This document shows positions 9,325-21,120 of a stretch of DNA of 64,000 nt, one piece after another (within the stretch, counting starts at the first letter, position 1; every line of letters begins with the position of its first letter). The notes under the pieces are model-generated. The model made no database searches. It worked only from the letters and a program-made list of their open reading frames with translations, and had not been told where the DNA came from. This DNA comes from Candidatus Kaiserbacteria bacterium (GTDB lineage: Bacteria; Patescibacteriota; Minisyncoccia; Phycocordibacterales; UBA918), in NCBI GenBank assembly GCA_016699245.1, contig CP064968.1, forward strand, positions 448,317 through 512,316, in the 5' to 3' direction. A program made the translations under genes and the position numbers.

Positions 9325-11856
9325 CTATTTCCCGCCACCATCCTTCCCTATTTTCTCAAATGGCTTTTCGAAGAGTGCGGTGAGAATAAAGAGAAGCCCG
9401 ACACCGAGGAAGGTCACGATACGACCGAGAATGTCCATCTCCCATACATCCACAATGAGTAAGCGAAGTACCACGCCACTGAGGAGAATAATTCCGACGT
9501 AGCGAATTATATCTTTCTGCATACTCTTTCCTGCACTATACAGAGCCAATCCTGAAACCGTATAGACAAAGAGTGCAACCGAAACCGCGACATCGGGAGA
9601 CGCAAAAACCGCATGGGTAATGAGCCACACGAGCGATATGACATAGAGCCCAACACCGCTCCACACAATGCGTGTGCACGCATCGAGAATCTCATGATCA
9701 CCTTGATATCCTGGTTTAATACGGATAAACGTAAGCCCGAGAAGTACAAGAAACAAGGTGAATGTGTAGAGCCCCATTGCGTCGGGATGAATCGCAGAAC
9801 TTCCCCACGCAGGGGCACCAAATGAAGCAAACGTGGTGACGAGAGGCACCACCAGTGTTACAAAAGCAAGCGCGAGCCAGCGTGACGAAAGCGCTGGATG
9901 CAGTGCCGCATTAATGAAGCAGTAGCTCACCACTGCCCATGAAATGTACGAGAGCACCTGTGTAATTCCCTGGTCCACACAGACAGCTGACCAAAAAAGA
10001 GACGACGCGGTCAGCATGTAGATCCAGAAAATACCAAGCCATATGCCGCCAATCCCCCGCAGAGATGCATTTTGGCGAATCATTCCCCATAGCACAAACC
10101 GCACGCCGATGAGAAGTGAAAGTAGCGTCATGAAATAGAGTCCTACTCCATTCGGATGAAGCCATTCTGTTGCCCACCTCGAATCAAATAATGCGCCGAA
10201 TGAGACAAAGACAGGAAGGGTGAAGGAGAAGAGTGCGAGATGCATCCACGAAGCGGGCATACCGCGTCGTATTACAAACACGAGTACGAGTACACAAATA
10301 ACACTCCACGTCATATACTGAAGCGCATATACAAGCTGACCGTCAAAGAGTGCAATCCATACCACCGAAGTACACGCACACGCATACACCCAAAACAATG
10401 TAGTGAACACTCCCCCGATGCTCTGATAGAGGAAATTTTGAGTCCGTTTGGACTCCATAAGTGCATACATCGCACTTACCGCAGTCGCCAGTGTGAGTGT
10501 ATAAATAGAAACTGCAGGCCCATGCCAGATACCCGTACTCCACTCAGGAGCATCAAACTCACGGATAGAAAGCACTACAGGGAGTGTAAAGAGCCATGTC
10601 GTCACGATGACCACATAGTGTGGGAGTCTGAGATGAAGCGCAAGCACAAGTGCTGTAGTAATCTCAAGTGTATACACCATCGTGAGTGTATATCCATCAA
10701 AAGTAAATGCTGTCGCAATACAGATGAGCAGTGCCGAGAGCCCAGCATACAGAGAGACTGTTTCTTTAGGACGCTGTGCAACATAGAGTACATACCCTGT
10801 GCCCGCAGCAATAAATGCAGCAATGAAAGTCACGAGACCCTCTGCATCAATGAGTGCATACGCCATCGTCACAAACGTTACGACAGAAAATCCGAGTGTA
10901 GTCACATCGGCACTTACCACACTCTTATTTCTGAACATACTCACCGAACTTGCACTATAGAACATGCTCGAGAAAAGAATCACAAAAAGCCATGCGATAT
11001 CGGGCGAGAGAGCGGAGCTATCGAGACATATATTCCAGAGAAAAATACTCGTACCAACGGCAAGTGTAAGCGTGACACCGCGCCAGTGCGTCATAAAGAC
11101 CACAGCAAGGAATCCGAGCGAAACAGCGAGAAGATAGATGAGGAAAAGTATGGGATCTAAGTCAGAAATAGTAACCAAGACTGGCGCGAGGAGCGCAGTG
11201 ATAGCCGAAAGCACACTAAGCCATTCAGTACGTGTCTGAAGACTCACCATTACGGCATACGCAATGGTACCGAGGAGAAGTACAAGCGCAAATACTGGTG
11301 GGAAAAGTTTGAAAAGAAATTGGCCGGTGAAAATACTTGCCGTGATAATACCCACACCAAGTGTCGTGAGAACGAGATACTGTTCAATATTTGTATATTT
11401 ACGCCAAACGCCCACGGCACATACCGCAATACCGAGAGTCACACCCATCACGATACGCATAAGCGGACTTACCCATCCCTGTGCTATTGCATAACTCACA
11501 AACCATACTGCGCCGAGGAAAAAGAGAAACGCACCAATCTTGATAAGTGTGTTTTCAGAAAACCATTCCATGAGTGGGTTGGGTGTTGAGACCGATGGCT
11601 GTGGTGGAGGTACTGGAACTGGCGTTTCTGTATACACCTCTGTAGGTGGAGGAGGTACTGTGTATACTGGCACTGTTTCAGACACATCTACGGGAGTGGG
11701 TTCATTGGCCGGAGCAGTAAATGTACCTGGTGCGTACATGGTATGTGGCTCTACCACCTCTTTTGCATCCTTCCCTTCAAGCACTGAAAGGCGATTACTC
11801 AAACTTTTGCACCACATAAAGAGTGCGATAATACCAAAGAAAATTATGGTCTCCAT
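9325..11856 (-). CDS. DUF2339-like polytopic membrane protein (843 aa) with N-terminal Pro-rich linker
   Basis: N-terminal TM, PPPP-rich segment, then >20 hydrophobic helices. Confidence 0.55.
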   Translation of the reverse strand: METIIFFGIIALFMWCKSLSNRLSVLEGKDAKEVVEPHTMYAPGTFTAPANEPTPVDVSETVPVYTVPPPPTEVYTETPVPVPPPQPSVSTPNPLMEWFSENTLIKIGAFLFFLGAVWFVSYAIAQGWVSPLMRIVMGVTLGIAVCAVGVWRKYTNIEQYLVLTTLGVGIITASIFTGQFLFKLFPPVFALVLLLGTIAYAVMVSLQTRTEWLSVLSAITALLAPVLVTISDLDPILFLIYLLAVSLGFLAVVFMTHWRGVTLTLAVGTSIFLWNICLDSSALSPDIAWLFVILFSSMFYSASSVSMFRNKSVVSADVTTLGFSVVTFVTMAYALIDAEGLVTFIAAFIAAGTGYVLYVAQRPKETVSLYAGLSALLICIATAFTFDGYTLTMVYTLEITTALVLALHLRLPHYVVIVTTWLFTLPVVLSIREFDAPEWSTGIWHGPAVSIYTLTLATAVSAMYALMESKRTQNFLYQSIGGVFTTLFWVYACACTSVVWIALFDGQLVYALQYMTWSVICVLVLVFVIRRGMPASWMHLALFSFTLPVFVSFGALFDSRWATEWLHPNGVGLYFMTLLSLLIGVRFVLWGMIRQNASLRGIGGIWLGIFWIYMLTASSLFWSAVCVDQGITQVLSYISWAVVSYCFINAALHPALSSRWLALAFVTLVVPLVTTFASFGAPAWGSSAIHPDAMGLYTFTLFLVLLGLTFIRIKPGYQGDHEILDACTRIVWSGVGLYVISLVWLITHAVFASPDVAVSVALFVYTVSGLALYSAGKSMQKDIIRYVGIILLSGVVLRLLIVDVWEMDILGRIVTFLGVGLLFILTALFEKPFEKIGKDGGGK

Positions 11857-11942
11857 AAAAAATACTTATCAAATAGTATCTATAGTATCCCATACCAGAG
11901 GAGTGAATGTGTAGACTTATCAAGAATAAAAAATAACCAGCG

Positions 11943-12165
<223 letters not shown>

Positions 12166-12267
12166 AACTATATCGACTATACATCGTTTATCATAAATAT
12201 CAAGGAGCGAGGGAGTGGCATTACTCGGATGTTTTCAATGTTCAAAACTTATATTTCATTTTCTCTG

Positions 12268-13200
12268 CTACCTAAATGTTGCAACTCCTCCTTCTCCGTA
12301 TTGCATCTCGAGTGTTCCCTTTTTTGTGAATGCAAACGATTTTACTTGACTCAGCATTGTGCCAAACATAGTTTCCTGTGAGCCTTCACAATACATAAGT
12401 GTCGACATCATCGGACCAAACGTCAATTTACTTCCGCTCGTCGTGTAGGTGCCACCCATGGTGTTGCAATCAGTTCCCACTGAGACCTTCCCGTCACTAA
12501 AGGTGAGTGTAAAGGCTCCGGCATTTGTGGGCACCATATACTCTCCCATTTCTACACTATCCACCCACCCCCATTTCTTCATTTCAAGATTCATTTTTGA
12601 AGTATCCGCCTCTCCCTCAAAATCTTTTACCCACTCCCCTATTTCTCCTGTTGTGGGGTCAAGGTGAATCCAAAGACTCTTACCAAGGGAAGGTGGTGTC
12701 GTCATAGGGTCACTTTCTTTTCGTACCGCATAATTGTATACCGCGCGTCCATTCTGAATTTCTAATGTTTGTGGCGCAATCCTATCGCCAAGGAACAGTG
12801 TGTTAGTGCTCGTATAGCTGTCTCCGTTTTTACGCGCTATTGCTGCATAAAAGAATGTGCCACTGCCATCCGCGCTATAGGTGAGCAGTACTGCAGCATC
12901 TTCATCTCCATCCTTATCGAGGTCGCCATACACAGGACCAGAAAAAATCGACACAGTGGTCATACTCGCACTTCCTGGTGCAGCGGGTGCAGTATACAAA
13001 CCGTTATTGAGTAGGTATTCAGTACCATCAATAGTGTAGGCGATAGAACTTGGGGTGCTTGCTACCACGGGCTTTTCAACTACTTCATCGGGAATATTAA
13101 CTACTTCTGGTACAGAAGTATCTACGTCACTGAAGAACGCAAGAACAATCGCAAGTGTTGCAAGTGCAATAATAATCACTGCAAAAATAATTTTTTTCAT
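12268..13200 (-). CDS. secreted protein with C-terminal META/HslJ-like domain
   Basis: Signal anchor; C-terminal GTDCNTMGGTYTTSGSKLTFGPMMSTLMYCEG pattern. Confidence 0.55.
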   Translation of the reverse strand: MKKIIFAVIIIALATLAIVLAFFSDVDTSVPEVVNIPDEVVEKPVVASTPSSIAYTIDGTEYLLNNGLYTAPAAPGSASMTTVSIFSGPVYGDLDKDGDEDAAVLLTYSADGSGTFFYAAIARKNGDSYTSTNTLFLGDRIAPQTLEIQNGRAVYNYAVRKESDPMTTPPSLGKSLWIHLDPTTGEIGEWVKDFEGEADTSKMNLEMKKWGWVDSVEMGEYMVPTNAGAFTLTFSDGKVSVGTDCNTMGGTYTTSGSKLTFGPMMSTLMYCEGSQETMFGTMLSQVKSFAFTKKGTLEMQYGEGGVATFR

Positions 13201-13203
13201 ATA

Positions 13204-13422
13204 TTACAATTTCTCAATTTCTTTAAGGTCATGGTCGGGAATATATAACATCAATATGCCGATAACGACTCCACCAATAGCAGTCCAGAGGCGGTTTCCA
13301 TCAAAGATATAAATGTCCATAGCATCAATGATGTGCCAAATACCTCGCCACACCAATACAAGCCCCACAATGATAGATAATGTTCGAACAAAGTATTTAA
13401 AGTCTTTATGTTTAGATTTCAT
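13204..13422 (-). CDS. small membrane protein (72 aa, 2 TM)
   Basis: ORF track; 3-nt spacing to the downstream gene. Confidence 0.35.
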   Translation of the reverse strand: MKSKHKDFKYFVRTLSIIVGLVLVWRGIWHIIDAMDIYIFDGNRLWTAIGGVVIGILMLYIPDHDLKEIEKL

Positions 13423-13440
13423 ATCTTATAGTATATCGCA

Positions 13441-13476
13441 AATCCCGCGAGGCCAAAGGCCTCGCGGGTTTTATCT
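13441..13476. terminator. GC-rich hairpin AATCCCGCGAGGCC-AAA-GGCCTCGCGGGTTTT
   Basis: Perfect inverted repeat plus T-run. Confidence 0.6.
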
Positions 13477-13491
13477 GTTGTTCCTCTCTAA

Positions 13492-13857
13492 CTATGCTGC
13501 CATTCTTTCATCGTCGCCGGGGTGTTTGTACGATTCTTCAATACGGGCGCTCATTGCATCGAGTTGTTCTTTCTTCTCAGCTTCTATATCAATTTGAGGA
13601 ACTAGCTCTCCGAGAGATCCGACTCCAGATGCGACACTTCCTTCGTATCCGCGATTAATTGATTCTGGTGAAATACCTTCCGGTTCAATCACAGATTCGT
13701 CAGGACGCATGAGTGGTTCTAATTTTCGTTCTCCCATCTGTCCTTGAGCTTTTTTTTCTGCCACCATTTCTGCCCAACTCTTTTCTTCCTCACGTGCTTC
13801 TCCTTGCCCCATTTCTCCACCTACTGCCTTTGGCTTTTCTCCTCCGAATCCAAACAT
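13492..13857 (-). CDS. hypothetical acidic protein (121 aa)
   Basis: ORF track only. Confidence 0.3.
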   Translation of the reverse strand: MFGFGGEKPKAVGGEMGQGEAREEEKSWAEMVAEKKAQGQMGERKLEPLMRPDESVIEPEGISPESINRGYEGSVASGVGSLGELVPQIDIEAEKKEQLDAMSARIEESYKHPGDDERMAA

Positions 13858-14027
13858 ATTTCTAAACCATTATTATTAGTACTTCCATTCAACCACGGTA
13901 TGACACGAAGTCAACAAAGGTCTCCACAGGGTGATTTTCGCTAAAAATACATCTTTTCTGTACATTTTGAGTTATAGGTATATATTCATAGGGAATTTGT
14001 TCTTACACATTAGGGAGGTACACCGTC

Positions 14028-14840
14028 ATGGAAACACTGTTGAGCAATATGCTCTTTGTCTTTTTCTTTTTGTGCACAATAGCGTTTGTGTGCGAACTCA
14101 TTGATTCATCAATTGGTATGGGGTATGGGACGATTCTTTCGCCACTCCTCCTCATTCTTGGGTTTGGTGCGCATGATGCAGTACCCGCCATTCTCATCTC
14201 ACAGATGATTGGTGGCGCACTCGCAGCGAGACAGCATCACATCCTTGGCAATGCATACTTTAACCGCATAGATGGTAAACTTTCGCCTGACACGAAAGCA
14301 GTACTCATCATTTCGGTACTCGGTATTTTTGCCAGCCTGTTTGCTGCATATGTAGGTACGCACATCATTGAAAAAAGCACATTGAATTACACCATTGGAG
14401 GACTCGTGCTTCTTATGGCGTTTGTGCTTATGATGGGTTTTACCTTTGAGTACACCACGGGAAAGATGTTTATTCTCGGTATCGTTTCTGCCTTCAATAA
14501 AGGTCTCTCGGGAGGTGGCTTTGGTCCACTCGTCACGGGTGGACAGGTAGTCATGGGAAAGGGGCATCGGTCTGCAATAGGTGTCACCACACTCGCGGAG
14601 GTACTCATTTGTCTTGTTGGTTTTATGAGTTACGTCTTCTACGGTAGCATCGAACGATGGGATCTCGTCGCCGCACTCTGTATCGGCTCCGCACTCGGTA
14701 GTAGTGTAGGGCCTAAGGCAACGCTTCAATTAAGCCAAAAGGAGTTGCTCAAAAAAATCATTCCGTTTGTCCTCCTTGTTCTTGGAACACTCACCATTTT
14801 GAAAACATCGGGAGTAATCCACCTCAATGTGTCGATGTGA
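14028..14840 (+). CDS. TauE/SafE (TSUP) family sulfite/anion exporter
   Basis: ELIDSSIGMGYGTILSPLL motif; ~8 TM. Confidence 0.75.
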   Translation: METLLSNMLFVFFFLCTIAFVCELIDSSIGMGYGTILSPLLLILGFGAHDAVPAILISQMIGGALAARQHHILGNAYFNRIDGKLSPDTKAVLIISVLGIFASLFAAYVGTHIIEKSTLNYTIGGLVLLMAFVLMMGFTFEYTTGKMFILGIVSAFNKGLSGGGFGPLVTGGQVVMGKGHRSAIGVTTLAEVLICLVGFMSYVFYGSIERWDLVAALCIGSALGSSVGPKATLQLSQKELLKKIIPFVLLVLGTLTILKTSGVIHLNVSM

Positions 14841-14844
14841 TGTT

Positions 14845-14878
14845 CTTAAATGCCCAGACTGCTACGCAGTCTGGGCAT
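14845..14878. terminator. bidirectional intrinsic terminator between convergent TauE and clpB
   Basis: AAATGCCCAGACTGC-TACG-CAGTCTGGGCATTT flanked by A/T runs. Confidence 0.75.
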
Positions 14879-14909
14879 TTATTTTATTTCGATGAAGAAT
14901 TGTATCTTT

Positions 14910-17600
14910 CTATACCATCACCGCTTCTTGAATTTTTTCTCGTACCTTCCGTGGCTCCTTCTTCCCTTTTTTCTTTACATCAAATGCAATTTCTCCTTTT
15001 TTCATGGTGACCGATACGGTTCCCCCTTGAAGCATTCCTTCACTAATCATCATCGAAGCTACTGGCGTCAAAATCTTAGATTGAATGACACGCTTCAGTG
15101 GTCGCGCGCCAAACTTTGGGTCGTACCCCTCTTTTGCAATGTAGTCCATAACCTCATCACTAATCGTGAGTTGAATATCCTTTTGTGCAAGACGCTCGAT
15201 AACCATTTCCACTTGAAGACCTACGATATTACGGATAGTTTCCTTTGAAAGAATATCAAAGATAATTATCTCATCAAGACGATTGAGAAACTCGGGGCGG
15301 AAAAAGTTCTTAAGACTTTCGAGCACTTTGTCTTTTGCTTGCTCGTACTGCGTAGTCTCATCGGAATGACTCATAAAACCAAACTTAGACATACGGTCGA
15401 TATGTTCCGCACCTATGTTCGATGTCATTATAATGACGGTATTTTTGAAGTTTACCTTACGCCCCTTTGCGTCGGTGAGATGCCCCGAGTCGAGAACCTG
15501 AAGCAGAATGTTAAACACCTCTGGGTGAGCCTTTTCAATTTCATCAAGGAGAATCACCGAGTATGGGCGGTGACGCACTATCTCGGTCACCGCACCCCCT
15601 TCCTCGTGTCCCACATATCCTGGTGGCGACCCAATGATTTTAGACACGGAATGCTTTTCCATGTATTCACTCATATCAATGCGCACGAGAGCACTTTCGT
15701 CGTTAAACATGAATTCCGCGAGCGCACGAGAGAGTTCGGTCTTTCCCACACCGGTAGGCCCGAGGAAGAGGAATGAACCAATCGGGCGATTAGGGTCAGA
15801 AATTCCTGCACGCGAACGCTTAATAGCATCACACACGCGACGTACCGCCTCGGTCTGTCCCACAACTCGCTCCGCAAGCACCTCTGCGATACGCGCAAGT
15901 TTCTTGGCCTCTGCTTCGAGCATGCGTGAGACGGGAATACCCGTCCAGCGTGACACGACACCAGCAATATCTTCCTCGGTTACTTCTTCTTTAAGGAGGC
16001 GACGTGTGCGCTGGAGTTTCTTCAGTTTTCCTGATTTTGCCTCGAGGTCTTTTTCGACTTTTGGAATGAGCGCATAGCGAATTTCCGCTGCACGGGTCAG
16101 GTCGGCACTGGCTTCAGCAGAGTCCGCTTCGAGGCGAAGTGACTCAAGCATTTTCTTCATTTCACGAATTTCAGTAACCGCATCTTTTTCATTATTCCAC
16201 TTCGTCTCAAGCGCTGAAGTCTTTTGCTTCAATTCTCCTATCTCGTGTTCAATTTCCTTGAGACGTGTTCTTATTTTTACTTTATTTTCTGATACTCCTT
16301 CTTCCTTCCGAAATGCTTCCCGTTCGATTTCGAGGCGACGCACCGCACGATCAGCGAAGACGAGTTCATCGGGCTTATTTTCAAGAGAGATACGAAGTGC
16401 TGATGCTGCCTCATCCACCAAGTCTACTGCTTTATCCGGTAAGAAACGGTCGGTAATGTATCGACTGGAAAGACTTACCGCAGAAACAATAGCGTCATCG
16501 GTAATACGTACACCGTGATAGATTTCATATTTTTCTGCCACCCCGCGAAGAATAGCGACCGCATCCTCTATTGAAGGTTCGTTCACATATACGGGCTGGA
16601 AGCGTCGTGTGAGCGCAGGATCACGCTCGATGTGCTTTTGATATTCCTTTAAGGTTGTCGCACCAATGACGCGCATTTCGCCACGCGCGAGCGCAGGCTT
16701 AAGCATATTTGATGCATCCATAGAACCCTCGGCTTGACCTGCTCCCACGATAGTATGGAGTTCATCAATGAAGAGAATCACCATTCCTTGAGCCTGCTCC
16801 ACCTCCTTCATCACATTCTTAAGACGCTCTTCAAATTCACCACGGAATTTGGTCCCCGCAATAAGGAGCCCAAGGTCGAGGGAAAGAATTTCTTTTTCCC
16901 GTACTGACTCAGGCACATTACCTTGCACAATGGCGGTCGCAAGTCCTTCTGCGATAGCAGTCTTGCCCACACCTGCCTCACCAATGAGGACGGGATTATT
17001 TTTAGTACGACGAGAAAGAATCTGAATCACCCGTTGAATCTCCGCATCACGGCCAATGACCGGGTCGAGTTTATTTTCTTGTGCTAACTTCGTAAGATTA
17101 CGTGCATACTTTGAAAGTGCACGAAACTTCTTCGGCGTCTGTGCATCATCGATATTGTGCTCACGTACTTCACGAAGTGCGTTTTGTACTTTCTTTTTAT
17201 CAATATGTGAACGTTCAATCACTTCAATCGCAGGTCCGGGGTGTTCGAGAAGCGCAAGGAAAAGATGCTCCACGCCCACATAGGAATCATTGAGGCTTTG
17301 TGCAATACGTCCCGACTCTTCGAGAGCCTGCGCCAAATCTGGCGTGAGATAGAGTTGATATGACTGTGAGAGTGTCTGTCCTACCGGGGCCTCGAGTGCT
17401 TCAAGCAGTAAGTCGGTAAAGGCAATAATGTCGATATCAAGACGGTCAAGCAGTGAAATAACCGTGTTTTCGTCCTGCATGACAAGAGACGTGAGCAAAT
17501 GTGTCGGGCTTACATGATTTTGACCACGCTCAATAGCAAGTTCATGAGCCTTTCGTATAGCTTCTTTTGCGCGTGATGTGAAATTGTGAAAATTTGGCAT
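14910..17600 (-). CDS. clpB: ATP-dependent chaperone ClpB
   Basis: Two AAA+ modules ([16 protein letters not shown]), long middle coiled coil, 896 aa. Confidence 0.9.
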   Translation of the reverse strand: MPNFHNFTSRAKEAIRKAHELAIERGQNHVSPTHLLTSLVMQDENTVISLLDRLDIDIIAFTDLLLEALEAPVGQTLSQSYQLYLTPDLAQALEESGRIAQSLNDSYVGVEHLFLALLEHPGPAIEVIERSHIDKKKVQNALREVREHNIDDAQTPKKFRALSKYARNLTKLAQENKLDPVIGRDAEIQRVIQILSRRTKNNPVLIGEAGVGKTAIAEGLATAIVQGNVPESVREKEILSLDLGLLIAGTKFRGEFEERLKNVMKEVEQAQGMVILFIDELHTIVGAGQAEGSMDASNMLKPALARGEMRVIGATTLKEYQKHIERDPALTRRFQPVYVNEPSIEDAVAILRGVAEKYEIYHGVRITDDAIVSAVSLSSRYITDRFLPDKAVDLVDEAASALRISLENKPDELVFADRAVRRLEIEREAFRKEEGVSENKVKIRTRLKEIEHEIGELKQKTSALETKWNNEKDAVTEIREMKKMLESLRLEADSAEASADLTRAAEIRYALIPKVEKDLEAKSGKLKKLQRTRRLLKEEVTEEDIAGVVSRWTGIPVSRMLEAEAKKLARIAEVLAERVVGQTEAVRRVCDAIKRSRAGISDPNRPIGSFLFLGPTGVGKTELSRALAEFMFNDESALVRIDMSEYMEKHSVSKIIGSPPGYVGHEEGGAVTEIVRHRPYSVILLDEIEKAHPEVFNILLQVLDSGHLTDAKGRKVNFKNTVIIMTSNIGAEHIDRMSKFGFMSHSDETTQYEQAKDKVLESLKNFFRPEFLNRLDEIIIFDILSKETIRNIVGLQVEMVIERLAQKDIQLTISDEVMDYIAKEGYDPKFGARPLKRVIQSKILTPVASMMISEGMLQGGTVSVTMKKGEIAFDVKKKGKKEPRKVREKIQEAVMV

Positions 17601-17704
17601 AGGTAACTATATTATACGCGAGTATCGCTTCACAGAAAACAGTATTCCCCGTCGTATGCACTTATAATTCAATATATATTATAGTACAACATTTTTATCG
17701 AGTG

Positions 17705-18922
17705 TCAACGACTCGTGGCTTCCCTGCTATCTTCATGCATGCGTACAGCAAATGATGCGAGGACTGTGGTTGCCGTCACTATATCTGTCTCTGTAGTTTC
17801 TTCACCAAGCGTGAAGCGAAGTGTTGCCGTAGCACGTGCTTCATCATGAGTCATCTCACGAACAACATATGAACCCGTACTTCCCTGTGCACCACATGCA
17901 CTTTTTGTGGATGCAGCGATACCTTTTGCATCGAGCCAAATGACCGCATATTCAGTATCAAGTCCAGGAATAGAGATGTTTACATTATTTGCAACACGTA
18001 GAGTGGCGCTGCCGTTTAAGACAATGCCGGGGATGGTCGAAAGAAGTGTGATGAAACGGTCTCGAAGCAAGGCTACCGTCGTGCTCCGTGACTGCCACTC
18101 CTTCTGTGCACGAAGGAGTGCCGTCACACATCCCACAATAAGTGGGACGCTCTCCGTGCCCGAGCGCAACCCCGCTTCCTGACCGCCACCAAATACCACC
18201 GGTACTATCTCCACCCACTGCCGATGCACGAGCACTCCGACTCCTTTTGGCCCATAGCACTTTCCTGCGTCCAAAGTCATCATGTCGACGCCCAGCATAT
18301 CAAGTGCACACGGAAGCCAGAGTGGCGCCTGCGAGGCATCAGTATGCACGAGTACGTGCTCACTATGCGCCTCATTCCATTTGCGTACCATGCGTGTAAT
18401 TTTCTTCACCTCCTGAATCACCCCTACTTCAGAGTTCACATACGCAAAAGTCACTAATACTGTTTTTGTATTCAAAAGCGTTTCAAGTACCTGTATGTCA
18501 ACCAACCCTTCATTGTCTACAGGCACATAGGTAACCACCACCCCCCGCTTCGCAAGATATGCAAGTGTCTCCATAATAGAAGGGTGTTCTATACGCGTCG
18601 CAATAATCTCTATATCAGTATATGCACGTCCTTTTTTATGCTGTGCTCCTACCGCACCAATGAGTGCGAGGTTATTTGCCTCAGTGCCACCGCTCGTAAA
18701 TGTCACATCACCTGGCCGTACACAAAGTACACGTGCAAGTCTCTCTCGTGAATTCTCAATCACTTCTCGTACGGCGACACCCTCGGCATACAATGCACTT
18801 GGATTTGCCCACATATCACATACATATGGTTGCATTGTCTTATAGACGTCAGCATGCACCGGAGTTGCCGAAGCATAATCAAGATGAATGCGTTTTTTCT
18901 TTTTCGCAATGAAAAATTCCAT
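17705..18922 (-). CDS. cysteine desulfurase (class V aminotransferase, IscS/NifS-like)
   Basis: HLDYASATP...SGGTEANNLA motifs; start chosen at MEFFIAKKKKRIHLDYA (ORF track's upstream Met unlikely). Confidence 0.8.
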   Translation of the reverse strand: MEFFIAKKKKRIHLDYASATPVHADVYKTMQPYVCDMWANPSALYAEGVAVREVIENSRERLARVLCVRPGDVTFTSGGTEANNLALIGAVGAQHKKGRAYTDIEIIATRIEHPSIMETLAYLAKRGVVVTYVPVDNEGLVDIQVLETLLNTKTVLVTFAYVNSEVGVIQEVKKITRMVRKWNEAHSEHVLVHTDASQAPLWLPCALDMLGVDMMTLDAGKCYGPKGVGVLVHRQWVEIVPVVFGGGQEAGLRSGTESVPLIVGCVTALLRAQKEWQSRSTTVALLRDRFITLLSTIPGIVLNGSATLRVANNVNISIPGLDTEYAVIWLDAKGIAASTKSACGAQGSTGSYVVREMTHDEARATATLRFTLGEETTETDIVTATTVLASFAVRMHEDSREATSR

Positions 18923-19033
18923 TCGCTGATAATGCCATACCCTTGACTTCCATGCAAAAGAAATATCTGCTATACTCCTCACATATTCGCTGCTTTGCGC
19001 CTTTTTCGGGCGTTTTTCAATAATCCGAACGGT

Positions 19034-20539
19034 ATGGCAAAACAAAAAACTACACAATCACATATCGGAAGTCGACCACCGATTGTCGTTATCATGGGTC
19101 ATATTGACCATGGAAAATCGACACTCCTCGACTACATCCGCAAAACAAACATTGTCGCTGGTGAAGCGGGTGGTATTACCCAGCATCTTTCCGCATACTG
19201 TGTGGAGCACACCACCAAAGAAGGCGAAAAGAAACAGATCACTTTTCTTGATACCCCAGGCCACGCGGCATTTCAAAAGATGCGTCTTCGCGGTGCCGAT
19301 GTTGCCGACATAGCAATACTTATTGTCTCTGCAGAAGACGGTGTAAAGCCTCAAACGCTTGAGGCACTTGAGAGTATCAAAGTTGCGGGAATACCCTATA
19401 TTGTTGCGATTAATAAAATCGACAAGCCTGGTGCTGACCTCGTGCGTACACAATCTTCACTCATTGAAAACGAAATCTATATCGAGGGTATGGGGGGCGA
19501 CATTTCCTGGACTGCTATCTCCGCAAAAAGCGGTCAGGGTGTTCCTGATCTTCTCGATATTCTCCTGCTTACCGCAGAAATTGCAGAACTCAAATCAGAC
19601 AACACTGCCCCTGGTACCGGAAGTGTCATTGAAGGTAATCTCGATGGCAAACGAGGTGCCACCGCCACACTCATGGTGCAAGACGGCATCGTGCGTTCTG
19701 GAGACTTTATTGTGTCGGGTACGAGTTTTGCGCCCGTACGCATTATGGAAGATTGGGCGGGGAAAACTATTCGTGAAGCACACGCATCACAGCCAGTCGG
19801 AATTGTGGGATGGACTGAGGTACCAAAGATTGGTGATACATTCACTATTGTTGCCACAAAGAAAGAAGCCGAGGCAATCATACTTTCTCGTAAAAATGCA
19901 GAGCCAAAAGCAACAGCACAAAACAACACTTCAAATCTACCCACTATTCCCCTTCTCATCAAAGCGGATGTACTCGGTACTATTGATGCGATTATCCATG
20001 AACTTGAAAAATGTGTTTCCGATCGAGTGATGGTCCGTATTATTGGTACAGGCGTCGGTACCATTTCTGCAAATGACGTCCAAAATGTGAGCGCGACTGA
20101 AAACGCTATTATTGTGGGGTTCAATGTAAAGCCTGACCGTGCCGCTATTGACCTTGCCGAACGTCTCGGTGTTGCCGTGGAGACGTTTGATATTATCTAC
20201 AAACTCTCTGAGTGGCTCGAAGAAGCTGTCAAAGCACGCACACCAAAGAAGGAGGAGGAACGTATCACGGGCAACGCAAAGATACTCCGAGTCTTTAGTG
20301 TTCAAAAAAATGCCCATGTGCTCGGCGGACGCCTTGAAACAGGAACGCTTACGCTGAATCAACACGTGCGCATTACCCGACGCGATATAGACATGGGTCG
20401 TGGAGTTTTGAAAAATCTTCAACAACAAAAATCCAATGTGCAGGCAATCACTGACGGTGAGTTTGGTATGCAATTAGATACAAAAGTGGACATCGCACCA
20501 GGAGACTATATCGAGGCATACAACATCATCATTACGTAA
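19034..20539 (+). CDS. infB: translation initiation factor IF-2 (short form)
   Basis: GHIDHGKSTLLD, DTPGH, NKID G-domain motifs; start at MAKQKTT. Confidence 0.9.
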   Translation: MAKQKTTQSHIGSRPPIVVIMGHIDHGKSTLLDYIRKTNIVAGEAGGITQHLSAYCVEHTTKEGEKKQITFLDTPGHAAFQKMRLRGADVADIAILIVSAEDGVKPQTLEALESIKVAGIPYIVAINKIDKPGADLVRTQSSLIENEIYIEGMGGDISWTAISAKSGQGVPDLLDILLLTAEIAELKSDNTAPGTGSVIEGNLDGKRGATATLMVQDGIVRSGDFIVSGTSFAPVRIMEDWAGKTIREAHASQPVGIVGWTEVPKIGDTFTIVATKKEAEAIILSRKNAEPKATAQNNTSNLPTIPLLIKADVLGTIDAIIHELEKCVSDRVMVRIIGTGVGTISANDVQNVSATENAIIVGFNVKPDRAAIDLAERLGVAVETFDIIYKLSEWLEEAVKARTPKKEEERITGNAKILRVFSVQKNAHVLGGRLETGTLTLNQHVRITRRDIDMGRGVLKNLQQQKSNVQAITDGEFGMQLDTKVDIAPGDYIEAYNIIIT

Positions 20540-20540
20540 T

Positions 20541-20882
20541 ATGGAATTCGACAAACACCAAAAGGTACGCTCCGTGCTCACTGAAATAATTGCGCGCTTT
20601 ATCCGTGAAGAAGCAAATCATAATCCACTTATTACGGTTACTAATCTTGTGGTATCGGCGGACTACAAAAGTGTATCCGTGCATATCACTACCATCCCTG
20701 ATGGAGGTGAAGCTGATGCGCTTATTTTTCTCAAACGCAAAGGGACTGAATTACGTGAGTATATCAAAAAGCATGCACGGTTGCGCTACATTCCTAATAT
20801 CGACTTTGCTATTGATTATGGTGAGCGCCACCGCCAACACATTGATCTCCTTATAAAAGATATTGGGGATGGGAAAAAATAG
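20541..20882 (+). CDS. rbfA: ribosome-binding factor A
   Basis: Directly follows infB; ITVTNLVVSADYKSVSVHI pattern. Confidence 0.8.
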   Translation: MEFDKHQKVRSVLTEIIARFIREEANHNPLITVTNLVVSADYKSVSVHITTIPDGGEADALIFLKRKGTELREYIKKHARLRYIPNIDFAIDYGERHRQHIDLLIKDIGDGKK

Positions 20883-21015
20883 GAAAATCCCCTATGTCAA
20901 AGGCGCTGGGGATTATATTTTGAGACCAGGACGGGATTTGAGTCCTACAGACTCCGTTCAGGTTGTAAGATATTTTTTAAAAATATTAACAACCTCTTCA
21001 AATCCCTTGGTCAAG

Positions 21016-21045
21016 AAAAAAACTCCACAGAGTGGAGTTTTTTAC
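21016..21045 (+). terminator. intrinsic terminator of infB-rbfA
   Basis: AAAAACTCCAC-AGA-GTGGAGTTTTTT. Confidence 0.7.
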
Positions 21046-21048
21046 TTG

Positions 21049-21120
21049 AGACCAGGACGGGATTTGAACCCGTGAATGTCGGTTTTGCAGACCGATGCGT
21101 TACCGCTTCGCCACCTGGTC
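21049..21120 (-). tRNA. tRNA-Cys (GCA)
   Basis: Hand-folded cloverleaf: acceptor GACCAGG/CCTGGTC, anticodon loop CTGCAAA, T-arm ACGGGTTCAAATCCCGT. Confidence 0.8.

Noticed and set aside
10240-11160. 306-aa plus-strand ORF rich in His/Cys/Arg
   Set aside because: It is antisense to the DUF2339 membrane protein, and its composition is typical of an antisense reading of a hydrophobic gene.
15339-16077. Plus-strand ORFs of 145-147 aa
   Set aside because: They are entirely inside clpB on the opposite strand.
19359-20473. Overlapping ORFs of 178-223 aa on both strands
   Set aside because: They lie inside infB in alternative frames.
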